Shown in pieces: positions 37,901 to 45,981 of a stretch of DNA of 64,000 nucleotides (positions within the stretch are counted from its first letter, which is position 1; every line of letters begins with the position of its first letter). A program made the translations under genes and the position numbers. A model generated the notes under the pieces. It was not told the DNA's origin, ran no database searches, and saw only the letters and a list, made by a program, of their open reading frames with translations. Source of the DNA: Patescibacteria group bacterium (GTDB taxonomy: Bacteria; Patescibacteriota; Doudnabacteria; UBA920; O2-02-FULL-48-8); assembly GCA_036278915.1 (NCBI GenBank), contig DASUKB010000004.1:73441-137440 (forward strand). Direction: 5' to 3'.

Positions 37901-38485
37901 TCTGAGACTCTCAAAACACTCGCCTACCCGATCAAAGACCTGGCAAATGCCAAAGGCAAAATTACAATCGGCGGCGTAGTCACCAAAATCCAAAAAATTC
38001 TCACCAAAAAAGGCGACCAGATGGCCTTTGCATATATTGAGGACAAAACTGGTTCGGTAGAAGCGTTGTTCTTCCCGACCACCTACTCGCAATTCAAGGA
38101 TTTGCTCGTGGAAGAAAAAATTCTCCTGCTGGAGGGCAAGGTCAACGACAAGGACGGCATCCCCAAATTTTTGGTGGATCAGGCAAAAGAATTTCCGCCC
38201 GAATTATATTCGGGCGAGACTCGCCCATTGAAGATGGGCGGTGGACAGACAAGCATTCCCAGCCCTACAAACCCGAAATCCGTGACCATAAGAATCCCGG
38301 AAACCGTATCGGAGGAAATTTTTGTGGAACTGAAGAAAATCTTTGAAACATTCCCCGGCAGCCTCGAAGTGAATTTGATGATTAAAGAGCAGCGAGTCAA
38401 AACGCCGTTTCGCGTCGACGTTTCCGACGAATTTCGCTCGCGCGTGGCCGGACTGTTTGGAGGAGTTGCAAACCCCAATATTTAA
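34970..38485 (+). CDS. dnaE: DNA polymerase III alpha subunit
   Basis: HLHVHS.FSLLDG PHP domain, RGSAAGS, PDIDLD, KLDLLG, C-terminal OB fold. Confidence 0.99.
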   Translation: MNNQEFQQNPKSGAAFTHLHVHSHFSLLDGLSQIPQLTAAAKNLGFESLALTDHGVMYGVIEFYNACLDAGIKPIIGVEAYVAPRSLSDKDSKEDANYFHLTLLAADELGYHNLLKLTTIAHTQGFYYKPRIDLEVLREHSQGLICLSGCQRGEIARAALHKSETEAQASLEKYLQIFGPEKLFIEIQRNSLNLDPQEEKLNQRLIALARKNNLRVVATSDCHYINPEDAEAQDVLVCIGTGKTVQDDDRLDMRSHDLSLKSAERMAELFADIPEAVSNTQIVADMCNLKILTNQRYFPQVELPEGKTSAEFLRDLTYDRANILYGHNGEIPVDIRQRIDYELDIIIKKGFDTYFLMVADVVEGAHKIGAITNTRGSAAGSIVGRSLGITNVDPLYYELPFERFLTEFRPTPPDIDLDIADNRRDEAIAYITEKYGHEKVAQIITFGTMMARAAVRDVGRALGIPYSKCDKIAKMIPLGKQGFHMTLDKALDMNAELKSVYERDPETRQILDIARKLEGSARHASIHAAGIVITPTALTDYMPLQLEPDGNRTITQYDMYALDVNANSKAIGVVKLDLLGIRNLSILEASVRIAQARHGVAIDIYNLPHPDPKTFKLLSEGHTFGVFQLGSQGMTRYMKELKPKNIFDIMAMIALYRPGPMGIIPEYIQRMHRPSKVEYFDPRMEEYLKRSLGLLVYQDDVLSTAVKIAGYSYVDADKLRKAMGKKIPAEMAKQKAKFIEGCMQGGMSNQKATDLFGLIEPFAAYGFGKSHAASYAAVSYQTAYMKANYTVEFMAAVMTAESGDMDTVVEAVEECRNLQIFVLPPDVNESMSNFTVIDEHHIRFGLNAIKNLGSDVVEAIRQARKESGKFENIEDFVTRINVRNFNKKSWEALTKSGALDSLGERGKLLANTELILEFARNRLRDLSSNQTSLFGNLPQSRAKLTLRDSEPATKKETLAWEKELLGLYLTAHPLDEHSETLKTLAYPIKDLANAKGKITIGGVVTKIQKILTKKGDQMAFAYIEDKTGSVEALFFPTTYSQFKDLLVEEKILLLEGKVNDKDGIPKFLVDQAKEFPPELYSGETRPLKMGGGQTSIPSPTNPKSVTIRIPETVSEEIFVELKKIFETFPGSLEVNLMIKEQRVKTPFRVDVSDEFRSRVAGLFGGVANPNI

Positions 38486-38511
38486 GTTTATAATTTGGTT
38501 AAGCTTTAGTC

Positions 38512-38658
38512 GACTATGAAGTGGCCACCAACCATGGAGTCGGACGCTACCCGCTTGCGTTAAAGCGGCAACGAAGTTAAAGATTTGGGTGGAACCCCCA
38601 GCCCCAGTTTTCCAAACTGGAGCTGGGCCCAAGCAACATATTTGTGCTTGGTTTTTTT
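38512..38658 (+). ncRNA. T-box riboswitch (Thr) with ultrashort stem I and an intrinsic terminator
   Basis: K-turn stem GACT-ATGAA-GTGG-CCACCAA-CCAT-GG-AGTC; IIA/B pseudoknot CCGCTT-GCGTTA-AAGCGG-C-AACG; T-box TTGGG-TGGAACC-CCCAGC; terminator CCAAGCA...TGCTTGG-T7; upstream of thrS. Confidence 0.85.
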
Positions 38659-38697
38659 ATTTCTACAACTTTAATCTTAAAATCTTAATCTAAACAT

Positions 38698-40539
38698 ATG
38701 GATTCAAAATCTGAAAAACTCCATAATCTCCGTCACTCTCTGGCACATATTTTAGCCTCCGCCGTAACAGAGATGTTCCCCAAAGCCCAACTGGGCGTAG
38801 GTCCTGTTATAGAAAACGGGTTCTTTTATGATTTCTTGCTGCCACGCCCGCTTACTCCGGAAGATCTCAAGAAATTGGAAAAACGCATGCGCGAATTGGT
38901 CAAACAAAAACTCCCGTTTGAACGAAACGAAATGCCGATTGCCGATGCCAAAAAATATTTCAAAGAAGCTAACCAGCCGTTCAAAGTACAGCTCATCGAG
39001 GACATAGAAAAATTTGGAACCACAAAAGCCGATGAGATCCTAAGCCAGGGGGGAGAGCGAAGGGAAGACAAGGGGAACACTTCCAAGCGCTCGGACGCAG
39101 TTCCCTCTCGCAATTCCCTTCCCCCTACGGTTTCCCTCTATAAGACTGGTCGCTTTACCGACCTCTGCCGCGGCGGGCACGTAGCAACCACATCAGAAAT
39201 CGATCCCCAATCTTTTAAACTAGACAAGATCTCCGGGGCTTACTGGCGCGGTGATCAAAAAAATCCCCAGATGCAAAGAATCTACGGCCTGGCCTTTGAG
39301 AGTAAAGAGGAACTGGAAAATTACGTCCGACTCCAAGAAGAAATAATCAAACGCGACCACCGCGTGCTTGGGCCCAAACTCGGATTATTTCTGTTCAACG
39401 ACATGGCGCCCGGCATCCCCTTTTACCAGCCCAAAGGCATGATCGTACGCAATGAATTGGAAAAATTCGTGCGCGAAGTTTCGTACGGACCAGGATATTC
39501 AGAAGTGAGACTGCCGCAGATGTTTGATTCGGAACTTTGGAAAATTTCCGGCCACTGGGAACACTACAAAGACGATATGTTTGTCTTTGACGTGGAGAAC
39601 CGAAAATTTGCGCTCAAGCCCATGAACTGCCCGGGACACATGCTGCTCTATAAGCAGGGTTTGTATTCATATAAAGATTTGCCGCTGCGGTTTGCGGAAA
39701 TGACAACCCTGCATCGCAATGAACTCACCGGCGCGCTCTCCGGCCTTACCCGCACCCGCGCGTTTGCGCAGGACGACTGCCATATATTTCTCACTCAAGA
39801 TCAAATTGAAAAGGAAGTTGTAGAGCTCCTTGCCCGCACCAAACGGATTTTCGACACCTTTGGCATGGAAATTGAGGACGTGGTAGTCTCCACGCGGCCG
39901 GACCAGGCTTTGGGCACAAAGAAGGAATGGGACGAAGCAGAAAAATCTTTGGAGGCAGCACTTAAGAAAGCCAAATGGAAATATGCTATCAATCCCAAAG
40001 ATGGCGCATTCTACGGACCCAAAATCGATATGCGCATCCGCGACGTGCTGGGACGCAAGTGGCAGCTGGCCACAATCCAGCTGGATTTCCAAATGCCGCA
40101 GAGGTTTGGCCTGGAGTATGTGGACGCGCACGGCCAGAAACAGACGCCGATAGTCATCCACCGCGCCCTGCTGGGATCTTTTGAAAGATTTTTGGGAATT
40201 ATGATTGAACACTTTGCGGGAGCACTTCCCGTCTGGCTGGCACCTGTGCAGGTCAAAATCCTGCCGATTACGGATAAGCAAAATAAATATGCCCTCGCTC
40301 TCGCAGTTGATCTTGCTGCTGAGCAAATCCGAGTGGAAGCCGACGACCGATCGGAATCCGTGGGCAAAAAAATCCGGGAAGCGGAAATGGAAAAAGTCCC
40401 CTATATGCTTATAGTCGGCGAAAAAGAAGCCAAAGCCAAAACAATTTCCGTGCGCAGCCGCAACAAGGATCTGGGCTCAATGAAATTGCAAAAGTTTATA
40501 GATAAAATCCAGGATCAAATCTCCAAACGTTCGTTATAA
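38698..40539 (+). CDS. thrS: Threonyl-tRNA synthetase, no TGS domain, with an in-frame insertion
   Basis: RHSLAH, DLCRGGH, RDHR.LG, KPMNCPGH, GAFYGPKID, IHRA.LGS.ERF. Confidence 0.99.
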   Translation: MDSKSEKLHNLRHSLAHILASAVTEMFPKAQLGVGPVIENGFFYDFLLPRPLTPEDLKKLEKRMRELVKQKLPFERNEMPIADAKKYFKEANQPFKVQLIEDIEKFGTTKADEILSQGGERREDKGNTSKRSDAVPSRNSLPPTVSLYKTGRFTDLCRGGHVATTSEIDPQSFKLDKISGAYWRGDQKNPQMQRIYGLAFESKEELENYVRLQEEIIKRDHRVLGPKLGLFLFNDMAPGIPFYQPKGMIVRNELEKFVREVSYGPGYSEVRLPQMFDSELWKISGHWEHYKDDMFVFDVENRKFALKPMNCPGHMLLYKQGLYSYKDLPLRFAEMTTLHRNELTGALSGLTRTRAFAQDDCHIFLTQDQIEKEVVELLARTKRIFDTFGMEIEDVVVSTRPDQALGTKKEWDEAEKSLEAALKKAKWKYAINPKDGAFYGPKIDMRIRDVLGRKWQLATIQLDFQMPQRFGLEYVDAHGQKQTPIVIHRALLGSFERFLGIMIEHFAGALPVWLAPVQVKILPITDKQNKYALALAVDLAAEQIRVEADDRSESVGKKIREAEMEKVPYMLIVGEKEAKAKTISVRSRNKDLGSMKLQKFIDKIQDQISKRSL

Positions 40540-40630
40540 TTATCACCTATCATCTGCCAACTACTAACTTAAATAAAAAATACGCCGGCTCTGTCCAAGA
40601 AATTAATCTTGTGAACAGAACCGGCGTTTG

Positions 40631-41167
40631 CTACTGGCTTACGGAGGGCAGAGCGCCGACGATATGCTTGCCGCCATTGCGATCTTCCAGGTGGTAATCG
40701 CCCTCAGGCTTGAAGACGTTCACCGAAGTATTCGGGAAGGTGAACATTCTCCAGCAACCAGTCGTCTGACAGCCATACGGCTCCATGATCAGCTGGAAGT
40801 CCACCGTGCCCGGCGTCTCCACATCTCGGATGATCGTGTCGTTCACGTCCTTGATCGGGGCCGAGTTGGCGTACCCTGTCAAATACGTCTTGAACTTCGT
40901 CCCATCATAGACGCGAAGCCGAATGTTGGCTCCGTAAGGGTCCGATGCCTGATCCAGCCCAAGCTGGATATTGCCGTAGAGATTGAGGACAACGTTGTTT
41001 CCCTCGGAAAACCGCTGGATTGCCACGATAACCACGTTGTTGAGCGTTTCGCTCGCTGCATCCGTTGAGTCCGGCGAGGTCGGCGATGAATGGTGGTGAT
41101 CGCTGCACGCGCCCATCACCAGGAACAGAAACACAACGAAGCACGATCGCGCGACTCTTTTCATCAT
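40631..41167 (-). CDS. Hypothetical lipoprotein
   Basis: GGAGG SD; lipobox-like MGAC. Confidence 0.7.
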   Translation of the reverse strand: MMKRVARSCFVVFLFLVMGACSDHHHSSPTSPDSTDAASETLNNVVIVAIQRFSEGNNVVLNLYGNIQLGLDQASDPYGANIRLRVYDGTKFKTYLTGYANSAPIKDVNDTIIRDVETPGTVDFQLIMEPYGCQTTGCWRMFTFPNTSVNVFKPEGDYHLEDRNGGKHIVGALPSVSQ

Positions 41168-41473
41168 TCACCTCCGAAACATAGAAACGAAATACAAAGG
41201 CTCAAAATGAGCCACCCTCTTTCAAATTGTTAACAGAGCAGCATACTCTTTTTTGGGCTGTTTGTCAACCCTGCCAATTGGCCTGGAATTGCTTGCGTTC
41301 AGTTAATTTTTACAAGCAATTTGGATAAAAAAATTTTATTCCGCGAATTCCTTAAGCATATCGGCCATTCTGCTTCAGTTTTCAACAATTTTGTGAATAA
41401 ACCACAAATTTATTGCTTGTCCTTGCGTATTTTTAGGTTAAAATAGCTTCTGTAACCATTAAAAAAGGAGCCG

Positions 41474-42778
41474 ATGAAATTCTTTCGACCCCGAATCAAA
41501 AAAATAGAATTCAACACCAAAAGACAAATCATCACAAGTATTGGTCTGGCCGCGCTTTTGTGCGGCATGGTCGCAGTCACCGGGTACATGAACTTTCACT
41601 CTAAAGCCGCAGTTGAAACAGACGGCAACTGGCATGACTGCAATGGCGCCGTAGACAATGACCCAGCGCATCACAGCAGCGACGTAAACGATGCGGATCC
41701 CGCGCACCACATGGGCCAGGTCTGCAATGGAAACCAAGAAGCTTGGGGCAAAACTCCGACAACTTCCGACACTGCCAAAACAACTGATACGGTAAGTTCG
41801 GCAGATTCCACAGAAATCACCGGACCGCAAATCCCAGCAGCAATTGCCGAATCCATAATGCGCGCTCAATCTGTAATTGCAAACACGATCCAACCTGCAT
41901 CTGCGAACGATCCGTTTGGAGGAGCCAAACTCTACATCAACCCGAACAACGATCCTTCAAATTATGTTCGGCAAAACAATGGCAACTCAAACGCCAAGCT
42001 TATGGAAAAAATCGCAAGCCAACCGGAAGTGGAATGGCTAGGCAACTGGAACTCAAATATTTCCGGTGACGTAGCCAATATGATGAACACAATAGATAGT
42101 CAAGGCGCGCTTCCCGTATTCGTCGTCTACGACATTCCCTTCCGCGACTGCGGCGGCTACTCTGCGGGCGGCGTCAATGATGCGTCATCTTACCACAACT
42201 GGATTTCGCAAATAGCCAATACAATTGGCGCCCGCAAAGCCGTAATTATATTAGAACCGGATGCAGTGACTCTTACCGATTGTCTGTCTGTTTCGCAGAA
42301 ATCTGATCGCAACGCAATGCTCACCGATGCGGTCAAACAATTCAAATCGCAGGGCAATACTGCAGTCTACATCGACGCCGGCCACCCGGACTGGATTGCG
42401 CCCGCAGACCTCGCCGCTCGGCTCAAGGCTGCCGGAGAAGATATGGCCGACGGATTTGCGCTGAACATTGCCAACTTCTACACCAACGACCAGAACGCCG
42501 CGTACGGCAAACAAATTTCCGACCTGCTCGGAGGCAAACACTTTATCGTCGACACAGGACGCAGTGGATCCGGCCCGGCATCAGGCGATGCCTGGTGTAA
42601 CCCTTCCGGCCGATCCCTGGGCACCCCGCCCACCACCAACACCGGTAATTCGCTTATAGACGCATACCTTTGGGTCAAAGGTCCCGGCGGTTCCGACGGC
42701 AACTGCAACGGCGGCCCGTCAGCCGGCCAATTCTGGCCCGACTACGCGCTTGGCTTGGCACAGAGAACGAATTGGTAA
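41474..42778 (+). CDS. Glycoside hydrolase family 6 endoglucanase/cellobiohydrolase, membrane anchored
   Basis: YDIP.RDCG.YS.GG, ILEPD, YIDAGH..W, IVDTGR.G, WCNP.GR.LG, WVK.PG.SDG.C. Confidence 0.95.
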   Translation: MKFFRPRIKKIEFNTKRQIITSIGLAALLCGMVAVTGYMNFHSKAAVETDGNWHDCNGAVDNDPAHHSSDVNDADPAHHMGQVCNGNQEAWGKTPTTSDTAKTTDTVSSADSTEITGPQIPAAIAESIMRAQSVIANTIQPASANDPFGGAKLYINPNNDPSNYVRQNNGNSNAKLMEKIASQPEVEWLGNWNSNISGDVANMMNTIDSQGALPVFVVYDIPFRDCGGYSAGGVNDASSYHNWISQIANTIGARKAVIILEPDAVTLTDCLSVSQKSDRNAMLTDAVKQFKSQGNTAVYIDAGHPDWIAPADLAARLKAAGEDMADGFALNIANFYTNDQNAAYGKQISDLLGGKHFIVDTGRSGSGPASGDAWCNPSGRSLGTPPTTNTGNSLIDAYLWVKGPGGSDGNCNGGPSAGQFWPDYALGLAQRTNW

Positions 42779-42823
42779 TTTAGACTTTTACTCCGGCGTA
42801 TAAAGCCCAAAAGTAAGTAAAAG

Positions 42824-42854
42824 AAAACTCCTCGACAAAACTTCGAGGAGTTTT
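42824..42854. terminator. Intrinsic terminator after the GH6 gene
   Basis: AAAACTCCTCGA...TCGAGGAGTTTT. Confidence 0.85.
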
Positions 42855-42941
42855 AAATTATGTGAATCAATGATATTTTATACAACCTTTTTGATCTTGG
42901 CTTTGGTTTCAATGCGTCCGCACGAAAGAGGTCTTGGTTTC

Positions 42942-43070
42942 TGCGACACTCGGAAAAAATTCGTCGGAATTCGAAGCGAGCCGGAAGGTTGCAGCCGAGA
43001 GTTCGAAAAAATCTTCGCAACCAATAAGCGAAAGCGAGCTAAGAATTCCGGAATTTTTTCCCGTGTCGCA
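42942..43070. repeat. Long imperfect inverted-repeat (MITE-like) element
   Basis: TGCGACACTCGGAAAAAATTCGTCGGAATTC and GAATTCCGGAATTTTTTCCCGTGTCGCA. Confidence 0.8.
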
Positions 43071-43094
43071 ATTTTTCTGCCGCGATCGCGGCAA

Positions 43095-44252
43095 TTAACT
43101 ATTTATCCATAACCACATGGCAAACCAGTGCCATGACTGGGCATAAAAATCCGTATCCGGGAACTTAAGTGTATCGCCCACAAAATAATATTTATTCACG
43201 ACCTGATTGGCAAGTGTCGGATTGTTGATCGCAAAAATCCCGATTGGCGCAGCCAGTGTGCTGGTTGTAGAATGGTCGCAAGTATTATTTCCGTTCTGAT
43301 ACAAATACAACGCGCAGGTCTGTCCCCGTGACTGCCAATCGGAAGCAAAACTTCCAGCCGAAGACAGATACAGTTTTGCCGCATCGCTTGGTGAATTTTG
43401 AAAATCGAAAGCTACCCGCCAAAACACCCGAAACGCGTCGTACCCGAAATCCTGCGACTGCGGTTTGTCGGCATAAGGCAGAATCGTGCCATCGATTTTG
43501 CGCACCGCTACCCAGTTCGGGGGCACAAATGGCTGTGAACTGCCGTGCTCGGAAACTTGTGTCAGTAAATTGTACCCATCTGTTATGAGCTTGCTCCAGT
43601 CGTGGCCTTTGTCATACTGCGCAAACAGACGATACGCCTGAGGCGAAAAGTAGGACGGATCCACCACCAGCTGGTCCGGCTGATTGGCCCAGTTGCCGGC
43701 AATTACCAATCTTTTGCCTGCAGCCTCCCCCGTTTCTTTGTCCCAAATGTCTGCGGCTACATCTGTTCCTTCTTTAATGTAATCATCATTGTGCCAGTTG
43801 CTTCCTGCCAAAAGCAAAGCGTAAGCATAATCCGTGTCCGCATCTGTAGCTGAATTTTGGTCCAGCACGCGCGTATGGCCGTCCGTGCCCACATCAAACT
43901 GCCACGAAAGCAAGTGGTCGTTGGGACGAGCTAAATTACTTTCCGTCCATGCCAAAACTTCAGCAAAGGTTTTACTATCACCTGCCCAAAAAGATTGCAG
44001 TAGCGCATAAGCTTGAGATTCCGAATTGTAGTTTTTGGAACCCTGCGCAAAACCTTGCGCGTATTGCGGCTTGAGACACTGTTCGTAAAATTTGATAAGT
44101 GCTTTTTTGGCGTCGGGTTTATCGGGAAGATTTGAGGCGGACGGATTTGTATTCTGCTGGCAAGATACTTGCAGCGGATTTCTTCGCGAATACAAAATCA
44201 ACGCTGCACCGGCCAAAATGATAAGTCCGACGGCAAAAACTTTTAGTTTCAT
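43095..44252 (-). CDS. Glycoside hydrolase family 8 (BcsZ-like endoglucanase)
   Basis: SESQAYALL, WT..NL, NSATDAD..YAYALL.A, PSYF.P, YDAFR. Confidence 0.93.
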   Translation of the reverse strand: MKLKVFAVGLIILAGAALILYSRRNPLQVSCQQNTNPSASNLPDKPDAKKALIKFYEQCLKPQYAQGFAQGSKNYNSESQAYALLQSFWAGDSKTFAEVLAWTESNLARPNDHLLSWQFDVGTDGHTRVLDQNSATDADTDYAYALLLAGSNWHNDDYIKEGTDVAADIWDKETGEAAGKRLVIAGNWANQPDQLVVDPSYFSPQAYRLFAQYDKGHDWSKLITDGYNLLTQVSEHGSSQPFVPPNWVAVRKIDGTILPYADKPQSQDFGYDAFRVFWRVAFDFQNSPSDAAKLYLSSAGSFASDWQSRGQTCALYLYQNGNNTCDHSTTSTLAAPIGIFAINNPTLANQVVNKYYFVGDTLKFPDTDFYAQSWHWFAMWLWINS

Positions 44253-44256
44253 TTTA

Positions 44257-45981
44257 TTATTTTAATCCTACGGTTGGTTTCGTTTGAATTTTAGCATAAA
44301 TATCGCTTGGGTCCCACCAGGAGATCTGCGGATTTATAGACGGAATCTGCGAGGCGTCCAGTCCATGAGCTGCAGCCATGTCCATTACTTTGGCATCATC
44401 AATTTTATAAATACGGCGAATGGGATTTTGCATGACCAAATCATAATACTGCGTAAGTTCGGGGTTTTTCCCCCACTTGACCATAATCTCATCGTTTTGC
44501 TCAGACCAAGCGTCGTTGTCGTCTGGATTATGCATAACTATGTAACGGGCAAACAGCCACGGCTCGGTATCGGCCTGGTCAAAATATTTATAGTTGCCTT
44601 CGTAAATATAATTTGAAAGCGGTACATGAGCCTGCGAAAGAATCGGATCATTGTCGGCTTTAGTCAACAGGATTTTTCCATAATCATAGTTGTTGGCAAG
44701 ATACTGCATAGCCTCCACCTGCCCTGGCAGGGGCGAGTTGATGTCGTCCTTAATGACGCTGAATTTTTGCGCAACCACGACCTGGTACGACTGGTAGACG
44801 CCGAGCCCCAAAAGCGCCACGGCCAAAACAACGCGCACGGAATTCGCTATCCAGCCCATCCACCTGCGGTTGGATCGACTGAAATAATATGCAACGGCGC
44901 TTATGAGAAGCACGGGCACCAGAATCGTAAATCCAATCCAGGTCAGGCTGTAGCGTTCGTTTGAGAAAAAATTATATGGCGGGAGGTTTGCCACCAGCAC
45001 CGAACCCGTGCCCGTGACCAAAGTCATAAGCACAAACACAAATGGGCTGGCCAGCACGGTCAAAATTGCCATGGACCGAAATTTTTTGCCTGAAAGCACG
45101 GCAAATACAACTAAACTTCCAACCGACACCCACACCAGCGGCTTGGATAGCATATAGAATGATGAGTACACCAGATATTTAACCGACATTAGAACATTGC
45201 CCTTGGTGAAAGCCGTAGCGTTGCCAGAATTTTTAATCCAACTGCCGCCGGTGAATGCCAAAGGACTCCCGCCAAAAACCCAACTGTAAATGAAAATTGC
45301 CACAAGTCCTAAACACGCCGGAATCAAAAACAACAGCAGTACCGCTTCTTTCTCGGAATAATTTTTCCGTTTGCGCGTCAGCTGGATAAATATAATCAAC
45401 GATACTAATGGAATGAGGATTAGTCCTTCAAACCGCGACAAACATGTAAGCGTAACGAACACGCCGGTTAAAACCAGCCATTTAAGCTTCTGTTCTGCAA
45501 GCCACTCGGCCAAAAAATATGCAGTGCCAAATAAATTCGCTAAAAACAAAACTTCCATCATTGGCGTCACGCTGAAATACAAAATATAAGGATTGACGAC
45601 CAAAAGCAGCGCCGCAACAAAACTTAAAAATTTATCGTTCGTATAAAGATACGCAAGCCTATATAAGAATACCGCTGCCACCATAAGCGCAGGAATTAGC
45701 ACCACAGCGCCTGCCCCGCCGGACTGGTAAAGGCTCGTGATAAGCGTAAACGGCATCATCAAAATATGCAGCAGGGGCGGCCAGAATCCGATCTGCGAAA
45801 TTCCGGGAGTCATGCTGTCGAACACGAGCCTCGATGCATCCAAATGCGCGTTCTGGTCAGTCAAAAATTTTACCAGGCCCAAATTTTGGACCCAGGCATA
45901 CATCGCCAGGCCAAATAGGCCTGTGATGATCACGAGCGCAAGTTCTATTTTAGGTTTCTGTTTGGGGAAGTTTGATTGCAT
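44257..45981 (-). CDS. GT-C fold (GT39/ArnT-like) membrane glycosyltransferase
   Basis: D..AHL..SR, Q.G.W.PL.H, NP..LY...TPM.E, L.R.EG; many TM helices. Confidence 0.8.
   Translation of the reverse strand: MQSNFPKQKPKIELALVIITGLFGLAMYAWVQNLGLVKFLTDQNAHLDASRLVFDSMTPGISQIGFWPPLLHILMMPFTLITSLYQSGGAGAVVLIPALMVAAVFLYRLAYLYTNDKFLSFVAALLLVVNPYILYFSVTPMMEVLFLANLFGTAYFLAEWLAEQKLKWLVLTGVFVTLTCLSRFEGLILIPLVSLIIFIQLTRKRKNYSEKEAVLLLFLIPACLGLVAIFIYSWVFGGSPLAFTGGSWIKNSGNATAFTKGNVLMSVKYLVYSSFYMLSKPLVWVSVGSLVVFAVLSGKKFRSMAILTVLASPFVFVLMTLVTGTGSVLVANLPPYNFFSNERYSLTWIGFTILVPVLLISAVAYYFSRSNRRWMGWIANSVRVVLAVALLGLGVYQSYQVVVAQKFSVIKDDINSPLPGQVEAMQYLANNYDYGKILLTKADNDPILSQAHVPLSNYIYEGNYKYFDQADTEPWLFARYIVMHNPDDNDAWSEQNDEIMVKWGKNPELTQYYDLVMQNPIRRIYKIDDAKVMDMAAAHGLDASQIPSINPQISWWDPSDIYAKIQTKPTVGLK

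Noticed and set aside
38698-38760. thrS or tsf as truncated pseudogenes
   Set aside because: TGS-less ThrRS and roughly 195-aa EF-Ts are known natural forms, and the catalytic motifs are intact.
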